A DNA stretch of 64,000 nt from the human T2T-CHM13v2.0 reference genome, Homo sapiens. Under the pieces are notes generated by a model, which did not search any database, was not told the DNA's origin, and saw only the letters and a program-made list of their open reading frames with translations. Made by a program: the position numbers and the translations under genes. Numbering within the stretch: the stretch's first letter is position 1; every line of letters starts with the position of its first letter. The stretch lies in NCBI RefSeq assembly GCF_009914755.1, contig NC_060930.1; one strand, written 5' to 3'. Below, piece after piece: positions 55,401 to 64,000 of the stretch.

Positions 55401-56177
55401 CTATCAGCAGCTGGGGTGTGTGGGGATGCCTGCCCTTCCAGGTGCTTCTAGCTGCACTCTCCAGTTGAGTTCACACAGAAGCAGGACCACTTGGCTGGAA
55501 ACTCTAGCAAGCATTGCCTACCTGGCTACTAGTGGCGGGGCAGGTAAAGTGGCTGGCCCAGTTCAGGGTGAAGGGAGACCACTGGGCTGAAAGCTGGTGC
55601 CAAATTCCCTTTGGTAGGGTTGGTGGGGGGTATGGGAGGGTGGAGGTGTGGGGGGTGGGGGATGAGTGGTGTGGGGGTTAGGGCCTGGGGGTTGGAGAAA
55701 TCTAATATGAGGCACCACAACTATGGCCTCTATTGGGTCTATGGCACCAGTGCTGGCAGGCTTTGTGGCCCAAGGCTTGTAGAAGTCCTTTTGAACTTGA
55801 GAATTACCTCTGCATAACATCCAAGTGGTTCTCTGCTTCAGTGTAGAAGGCTGGTGGGTGTGGGGTGGGTGCAGGGGAGCTGGGGGATTTTCTCTATCCC
55901 AGTCTTGCACAGATCCCTGTGGAGAGCATGAATGCCCCTGGGCACTCTCACTTATTCACCCTTTCCCATGTTGGAGAGGTTTTCCTAGCTCCATGCTGAG
56001 GCCAGATAGGCGGGTGCCCAGCTTTGCTCTTCTCTGCTTCTTGTGTTCCCCTTCTGCTTTAATTGATCCCAACTAGTTTCTCAGATGATCAGCCTTACAG
56101 GGCCACTGCTCACTGGCCCTTTTGTTTCCTCTACGTGAGAGTGGCATACAAGAGCTGCTGCTCGTCTCTCATCTTAG
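49401..56177 (-). mobile_element. near full-length antisense L1 (L1PA15/16-like), disrupted ORF1/ORF2, repeat-containing 5'UTR
   Basis: Minus-strand ORF fragments ([11 protein letters not shown]..., [27 protein letters not shown]). 3'UTR at about 49401-49620; GC-richer 5'UTR at about 54750-56177. Degenerate TSD CTTCTACTTTT/CTTATGCTTTT. Confidence 0.92.
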
Positions 56178-56188
56178 CTTATGCTTTT

Positions 56189-56528
56189 ATGTTTGGGAGA
56201 AATCTAGTACCCTGAAGCTGCCAAACGGTAAAGTAGTCCCAGCTAAGCATACAGAAAGGTACTATGGAGAGAATGAGAGAGACAGAGACAGGGAGAGGGA
56301 GAGAGCCGGCAGTCTAGTCAGTCTTCTTTTTCAACTGTCTTTGCTGAGACACGTAAATGAAAAGGTCATTTTGGACATTTCATTCCTAAAAGATTCCAAG
56401 TGGAGCAAAAAAGAGTTCTCTTCACTGACTCTTAGCAAAATTGCAGAACTGTGAGGAAATAAGTTATATCTGTTATTTTTAAGTACTAAGGTTTTGGAGT
56501 TAGTTCATTACAAAGCAATAAATAAATA
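56189..56528 (+). mobile_element. MLT1 LTR, 3' part (continuation after the L1)
   Basis: GAGAGAGA tract, then GCAAAATTGCAGAACTGTGAGGAAATAAG...TTTAAGTACTAAGGTTTTGGAGT...AAAGCAATA. Confidence 0.7.
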
Positions 56529-58521
56529 TCTTAGTCAGAAAGTAACACTTAAAAATTGGTTACTTAATACTTCAGATGTCCTTATGAAAATACAAAATAT
56601 ATTTTGTTAATTAGTATATGAATAAGTATTTTCCAATCCTGTGGTCATTTAGAAAGATTTTCCAATTAAGTATAAGAATATGTATGGCAAGCAAAGAATG
56701 ACTTTTGGTATGCAGCCTCATTTGTCATTTTTTTCATCCACTTTACAGAAGCTGTCACTTGACTATATCGCAATGCTGATTTGCTATTGCTGCCATCAGA
56801 ATGTCATATGTTAGCCTCAAAATTAACTCTTCATTGAAAACATGAGTTAAAGAGCTTAAGGACAGTGTGAAATTTTTCCAGACTAAATGAAAGGGTGGTA
56901 ATAACTATTTATGCCTCTCGGCTAATATATGTTTGCATGTTGGACAGAGTTTAACCTAGGCTTGCTTTCTTTGTAATATACCACATGCAGGTGAGGGTGT
57001 GGGGTAGGAGATATGGCAGATACTATCTACCTACCAGAGTCTTCAGGTGCTTACAAAAAACTTGAAGACAGCTGAAGAGCCAAATTGACTCAAGACAGTT
57101 TGCAAAAAGAGGGAATTCTGGCCAATGGTAGTAAGAATGAGGAGTAAAGAAGAGGTTTGATTATTATAGATTATTTTCTCCACTTTGTATTAATAGGTTT
57201 TTTAGAGAAGGACAAAGGAAAGGAGACAGACAAAAGCAAAGATATATATGAAAGTTTAAAAAATGATACATTCTGTATAAGGCTCTATAATACACAATCT
57301 CAAACAACAGAAATGATACCAAATCAATGCAAGAGTATCCTTTTGTCAACAATTGTGTTTTCTTTCATTTTTACCAGTGAGCCTAATGCAGACTAAATTT
57401 TATTCCATTGAAATTAATACAAACCAAAAATAAAATTATATTCAATATCCTGCTATTCAATAAAAAAATTGTGAGTCCTTCTAGAGGCAGATAAAACCAT
57501 GGAGATTACAAAGCAAAATAAGAAAGATCTATCATTTCAAAGAGTATGTACCATAGTGGAAGAGGACAGAAGACAAAGTGCTGATTGCAGTAAAAATAAG
57601 ATAATATTTGCTAGAATAGACACAAATCTACAGGTTTCTGTGGAATCCTGTTTAGGGGAAGTTAACTCAGACTTCATTGTCAGGGAAACCTTCCTTGAGG
57701 AATTGGAGGACAGGACAACAGGAGCTTCCTGGGGGCAATTAGAGATGGTCTTCTAGGTAGAGACAAGAACTCACACTAAAGATACAGACAAAATGGGGTC
57801 TGGGGACAACTACATGGAATTACAACCCTGAGGATAAATACCCAGGCAAATGAAGGACTGGGGAAAAATCAGTGTTAGCAAACTGGAATAAAAGGAGGCT
57901 GAAGAATCTGAAATAAGTCGGTGACATAATATCTTAGAAACTTCCCTGCTCCACGCATACTGAGAATTCCAACAATTTCTACAAGGTATGTGAGGGGCCT
58001 GAGCTATTTTGTTTTCTGAGAGGTGGCTTTAGAATTCTGCACTCTCTCTAGGATAATCGCATTCCTTTTCATTGCTTCCACTACAGCTAACCTATCAGAC
58101 ATCGCCTCTGGGATGAAGTCATTGTCTCAGGGAAATCTCAACCTGATTTTCCCACAGGCACTTTAGACTAATTGGTACAAAAGTAGATTCGTCATTTGAG
58201 GCTTACAACAAGCCTCCAATATACATAATAAAATTTATTTTTTTAAAGTGAATTTATCATCTTTTCTCATTGACTTGCTTCCTTTCCTATATTTTCTATC
58301 TCAGGATAGGTTTCCTCAGCTACATAATCAGCCCAGAACAGAAACCTGGCTGATATCCTTGACTACACCCACTACCTCACCTTAAAACACTGACCCTGAG
58401 AAGGCAGAGAAAGGCTTTGTGAATATTTTCATTAATGCATAAGATCCAGGAAGATGGAGATTATTCACCAGTGAATCCCCAACACAGAATAATGCCTGGC
58501 ACATAGTGGATACTCTCTAGC

Positions 58522-58572
58522 TGGATGAATAGATAGATAGATAGATAGATGGATAGATAGATAGATAGATAC
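58522..58572. repeat. (GATA)n microsatellite at an L2-like 3' end
   Basis: GATAGATAGATA tract after AATGCCTGGCACATAGTGG. Confidence 0.85.
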
Positions 58573-58859
58573 ATTTGTTGGATTAATAAATGAATGAATT
58601 TCTCATTTATTTTTGTCAGCTCTTATCTCATTGAAAAAAAGCATACTAATGAATTAAGATCTTTTTCAGAATATGAACTGATTCAAAAGGAGCGTCCATA
58701 GATAGTGAATCCAAAGAAACATATTAGGATTTTTAAATTTGTTATAATACTAAATGCTTTTAAAACTTTGTTTAAAACAGACATTGCATTAAAAGTCACT
58801 CAAAGTAGACCCAAAACAATGGTTTGGGTAAAAGGTGTTTGACTTTGTTATTTGTAGTG

Positions 58860-59095
58860 AGGCAGTATAGCGTAGGTTTTAAAAGTGTGGGTTTGAATTT
58901 TGGCCCTTGTATTCAATGACTGTGTAACTAAAGTCAGGCCATTCAGCCTCTCTGTGCCTCAATTCCCTTATCTGTGAAATGGAGATACTAATATTACTTA
59001 CTGCAAAGAGTTACTTAAAACATTGAGATAGTAAATGTGAAGCAATTATAAGAGTATTTACCAAAGGGAATGTGCTTAATAACTATTAACTACTA
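58860..59095 (+). mobile_element. MIR SINE
   Basis: GGCAGTATAGCGTAGGTTTTAA...CCTCTCTGTGCCTCAATTCCCTTATCTGTGAAATGG. Confidence 0.8.
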
Positions 59096-59259
59096 TTAGA
59101 AGGACAATAATTTTATAAAGGCATTTTGTAAAGTTGTGTTTTTGATTTTTTTTTAATGAACAAATGAGCTTCCAAAATGATCTTACATGGCTGAAACATC
59201 AGACCCGATCTCTCCATTGTGGTCTAATAAGCAAAGCAAGCGAGATTTACAATAAAGTA

Positions 59260-59445
59260 GATCCTGGAGCTATGCTGACTGGGTTCAAATCCTCATACCA
59301 TCACTGCCTAGTTGTATAAGCTTGAACAAATTACTTGTTATTGCTGTGCTTCAATTTCCTCAGCTGTAAAATATGGGTAAGTACGCATCTACTGGGTTGT
59401 TGTAAGGATTAAATGAGCTAATATTTGTAATGAACTTACAGCTGA
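59260..59445 (+). mobile_element. MIR SINE
   Basis: CTGGGTTCAAATCCT...TTCAATTTCCTCAGCTGTAAAAT...GGGTTGTTGTAAGGATTAAATGAG. Confidence 0.8.
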
Positions 59446-62173
59446 CCCTAGCCAAACAAACAAACAAACAAAAAAAGCTACATGCTCCAGAATGCTTGCT
59501 TACTTGTTGAATGAGTGCATGAATGTCCTTTAATGTTGTATACATGATGTGTTTCCTCCCTTTAATAATAAAGATTAATGGATATAGTGTCAAAGCCTGA
59601 GGAATGGTTAACATCAGTGACAGTGAAGAACAAGATTTCATGGAAGTATGAAAATAATTTTTGTTTTCTTATTCTAGAAGGGTAGACAAGTTACACTGTC
59701 TTAAATACCAGCAGGCTGAATATTCATTAATCTGTTTTTCTAAGTAATATAAAAATAAAACATGGTGAGTATTTTAGAAAACCAAAATGATAATTATTTT
59801 TAAACTAAATATTTAAAAAATTATTAATATTAGCATATGAACTAGGATCAAATGCTTCATAGCATGAGCTTCTATTTATGCATCACAGTCAATTTCTAAA
59901 CTTTCATTTCCAGAATGGAGTATATAGGACTAGAAATAACTTCAAAATTATTGTTTTATGTTTGATTAGCACAGAGTAGAATGAAATATCAATGCTGGGG
60001 GGAAACTTAAAATAATAGTAAAGGATAACAGTTATTAAGTGTTAAATGTGCAATATCTTAATCATTCTTCCTTAAACCTTAAGAAGGTAGAGTCTCTATT
60101 TTGCAGGTAAAGAAAAAGCCCAAGCAAGCATAAATGGCTTGTCCAAGGCACCATGGCAATGAATTGAGGGAGCTAGGAATCCAACTCCAGACCTACAATT
60201 CTTAATCCCACATCTCTACTGGCCCTTTTGAGTTAGCACTTGTAGTGATATTACTGGCTTCATAAGAAAGCACTATTGCATGTCATGGAGAAAATGGAGC
60301 ATATCTCAAAAACCTTAAGTTGACAAAGTCTTAGCACTAAGAGGATTGGTTTTTAATTATCAGAAAGCTAGTTTTGTCATATCATGCCCTGTAACTAGAT
60401 ACTGTTCAGTTTCTGTCTTCGAAGGAGCAGTGTAGTTACTGATAAAGCAATGTAATATTTTACAATTGACTTTACAAAGTACTTTATTTTTATCTTTATG
60501 GATTATGCTGAAAATTCTCTAAATTCATGCTTCACATATTTTTTTCAGTTCTCACCCTCCTTAAATTTTACATTATGATTTTCTTATGTAAGATCATTCA
60601 CCTGGGGTTTCTGTTCTATAGCCTTTAGCTAAATTAGCCTTAAGTCCTTAAATTTCACTAGAAAACTATCTCCCAAATTAATAGCCCCAAAGCACTTAAG
60701 CCAAAAATTGATTTTATTTTACTTGCTGTTGAGTTACATAGACCACACTGCAAAATTAAACAGGGTTTTTAAATTGTGATCTATATTACTAGAATTCCCT
60801 AACTAATATAAACCAGATTACTTCTTGTTTTACTTTACCCATTTTTCCCTAACCACTTGCAAGGGAATATTGATGGACTTTGATTTGATAAATCTATTAA
60901 CATAGAAAAAAGTGAATATATATTCATTTGTCTCTATTTTCTTCTGTAAATTTATTTCGTAGTTTAAACTATAGACCTGAGATGTGTTATTATATGGTTT
61001 TGTTGATTTGTTTTTGTTAGTTTTAAAATGAAAAGCCTTTGAGATCTTTTAGAATTAAGTGAAAATTTAAGCAGAACAGAAGGAACACCAGATGGGAGTC
61101 TCTCAAGAAGTGTCCTCAGGGATATCACATGAAAGTGAGGTGATCTTAGGTGAGCGGAACACAATAGAATTTGTGACTGAGATAATATCTTAATACAAAG
61201 AATGTCTGTGCAATTTATATGCTGAGGAAATGGTATGTGACATATATATGTACATATGCCTACATATATATGCATAGAATCATCGTGAACTGGAATAAAC
61301 TTAAAAAAATAACGTAGTCCAACTTCATCATTTATGGAAGAGTAGCTTAGGGGAAAGAGATTTCAAGTAATGGTTAACAATGTCACAAAACTCATTATTT
61401 TTTGGCAGAGGCATGACTAAAAATCAGGTGTCCTTGTTTCAAGCCTGGTATTTTTTCTATCAACTCAAATTGTGTCTGGGAAAAGAATATAAATTTATTA
61501 AAATATAGATTTTCCCCCATGTAGCAATATTTGCTGATTTGCAACTTCAATTTTTTTTTTTATTCCAGGCAGAGTTACAGAGCATTACATTATAGACATC
61601 ATTCTCTCTGAGGGTAAAGATTTTGGCTTGAGTACCAAAAGGCTATGAAGCATGCTTAATAACTATATGCTTGAAACAACAACTTGTACAAACAAATGTA
61701 AATGTGTTAATTTGTGTTTGGGATTTCAATAATCACCTCATGTATAATAGCTGTAGGAAACTACTTGGCCCTCTATCTGGTTTCTTTTCATTTATAGCTT
61801 CATCACTTTTCAAACTCAGTACGGATGTTGCTCAAAGCTGAGTGATGTACGGACATTTTTCACAGAAAAATAAGTTTCAGAAATCTTCAGTATTCCCTTA
61901 CTACTAATTTTAGTAAAATATTACTATTTTATACACTTTATGTGAAATATAAACTTAGATACAATTTCCTCATATTTATTGCCTCACCAAATTATAAAAC
62001 CAAAACAATTTGACAAGCTAAATAGAAACAAGTCCACAAAGTCATAAAATTGAAGTTAGACTATTTAACTTAATGTAATTATTGGTATGAATCTGGTAAA
62101 ATTAAATTGCTATACACCAAATAATTTTAGCACTGATTGTTATAATACAGGCACTTTAAAAAATAAAGATTAT

Positions 62174-62473
62174 GGCCGAGCAGGGTGGCTCACGCCTATA
62201 ATACCAGCACTTTGGGAGTCCAAGGCAGGTGGATCGTGAAGTCAGGAGTTCGAGACCAGCCTTGCAAATATGGCGAAACCCGTCTCTACTAAAAATACAA
62301 AAATCAGCCAGGAGTGGTGGTGGGTACCTGTAATCCCAGCCACTCAGGAGGCTGAGGCAGGAGAATTGCTTGAACCCGGGAGGCGGAGGTTGCAGTGAGC
62401 CGAGAAATCGTGCCACTGCACTCCAGCCTGGGTGACAGAGCAAGACTCCATCTCAGAAAAAAAAAAAAAAAAA
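62174..62473 (+). mobile_element. full-length AluS (AluSg-like)
   Basis: Dimeric Alu with A-rich linker and poly(A). Flanking repeat AAAGATTA on both sides. Confidence 0.95.
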
Positions 62474-62587
62474 GATTACAACACAGATATTACATGTATA
62501 ATACCCACAGGTGTATATGCATACAAATATATAATGGATATGAGGATATAAGTATTTTAAAGACTAGTGATAAAATGAACACGCATG

Positions 62588-62647
62588 TTCTTTTTACTAA
62601 CTTTCTTTATACTAACGTTCTTTATACTAACGGTTCTTTATACTAAC
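62588..62647. repeat. 15-16-bp tandem repeat (TTCTTTATACTAACG), about 4 copies
   Basis: Directly visible. Confidence 0.9.
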
Positions 62648-63419
62648 TCTACCTAGTTAGTATAAGGCATTATGAGCAATGGTGATACCTGCTTTGAGCC
62701 TTAAAAACTACTCTTTGATCTCTTCTCCGTTCTTACGTGGTTATCCCTGTACTGATTTCTAAGTTTTCTAGTCCTTTATTTCTTTATCATCTACCAAACA
62801 TATATATGCACACACACACATACACACAAAAATATATCAGAGATTACATATTGTTTAAGTTCTCCTGTTTGGGAAATTTATATAATGGGGATATTTGTTT
62901 ATGACTTTCTTTTTTTCTCTTCCATGTTATTTTTTTGAGATGTATTCATGTTGATGTGTACAGGTGAGAATCACTGATTTTCACTACTGCATATGTTTTT
63001 TGGTATATACAGTATACATACTACTGTAAGTGGACGTTATTGTTGTTTTTACTTTTTATATTATAAAGACTTTTGTTATGAACATTCCAGTACCATGTCT
63101 CCTTATATATACATCAAAGAATTTCACCTAAACAGGAAAATTTTGGTGTATTGGATATGTACATCTTCAACTTTTTAAGTGATGCCAGATGGCTTTTTAA
63201 TGCAGATTTAGAAAAACTATATATGTATTAAACTTTTCCCTGCAGTTGCAATTTACATACTTATCAGTTAAGTAAGCAAATTCATCTAAAATATCCCCTT
63301 TTTGTCAGGGCAAAACATTAGTTCTTAAAAGAATACAGATGGTGTTCCTTTACTCATCATCATGGGCTTTAATAGAGGTGGTCATTTCTTTTATAAGTGT
63401 ATTAATAATATCCATATCA

Positions 63420-64000
63420 AAGAATCCAGTGGATGTCTTTCAGCCCTTATTCTATTTTGTTTTTTCATTTTTGGTTTCAGTTTTAGCCCTTATTCTTGCT
63501 AGACTTCACTGCAGCAATATTGAACAGCCCCTCCTTCTCAAAACTTTGTTCTTCTGGCTTTAATGATAATACATTTTCTTGGCTGTGCCCTTGCCCCTCT
63601 GCCTGTTTTTCTGCCTGATATTGAATTACTTTCTTATTAAATGTCAGATTTCCTCAGGACTTTGTTCTGGACCTTCCTATCTCATTCTCTTCACTCTCTC
63701 CTGAGGTTATGTCATCTGGCCTCACGTATTTAAATACTATAGCCTGAGAACTTCCTGAATCATGAATGTAAGTGTTAACTTGGTAACCTTCCCTACAAGC
63801 CTCAGAAACACCTCAAACTTAAAAGTGTCCAAACTAATTATCTTGTTATTCTCCCCTAAATATTTTCTTCTCAATCTTCCCCATCTTAATGATGACCCTC
63901 ACCTCCATTTAGTTGCTTAATCCAGAAGTCTGAGGCTGATGTTTGACTCTCCCTCTCACATCTTCATAGGTTTACATGTGCAAGTGTACAGTTTATTTCT
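63420..64000 (+). mobile_element. L2 LINE ORF2 fragment
   Basis: L2-like motifs (CCTCAGGACTTTGTTCTGGACCTTCC; CACCTCAAACTTAAAAGTGTCCAAACT; TTTGACTCTCCCTCTC). Confidence 0.75.

Noticed and set aside
54940-55560. Regularly spaced repeats resembling a CRISPR-like array
   Set aside because: Diverged monomers inside an L1 5'UTR in mammalian DNA; no constant repeat with unique spacers and no cas genes.
62156-62646. ORFs of 95 and 83 aa
   Set aside because: Alu-derived translations.

Overview
AT-rich primate (human-like) genomic DNA made almost entirely of transposable-element remains. No host protein-coding exon, RNA gene or CRISPR array could be supported. The main structure (about 5.1-29 kb) is a deep nest of insertions: an old L1M 3' end contains an LTR16-like solo LTR, which contains an L1PA16-like L1. 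That L1 contains a near-full-length L1PB-like L1, which in turn contains a complete but defective class I provirus (7549-17118; two LTRs, tRNA-Pro-like PBS, gag-pro-pol, ERV3-like env, ATCA target-site duplication). A 5'-truncated L1PA4-like element follows. Further on are a THE1 solo LTR, a ~470 bp local duplication, a tiny inverted L1, a decayed ancient non-LTR reverse transcriptase, MER58 and MER44 MITEs, an MLT1 LTR-int-LTR element split by a near-full-length antisense L1, an AluS, MIRs and L2. The most interesting observations are: (1) an intact 39-codon ORF for a transmembrane plus Cys-rich peptide between pol and env, overlapping the env start as ATGA; (2) an apparently spliced 5'UTR and a probable 3' transduction in the L1PB; (3) templated inverted insertions. 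Subfamily names come from recalled consensus sequences, not from a database search.
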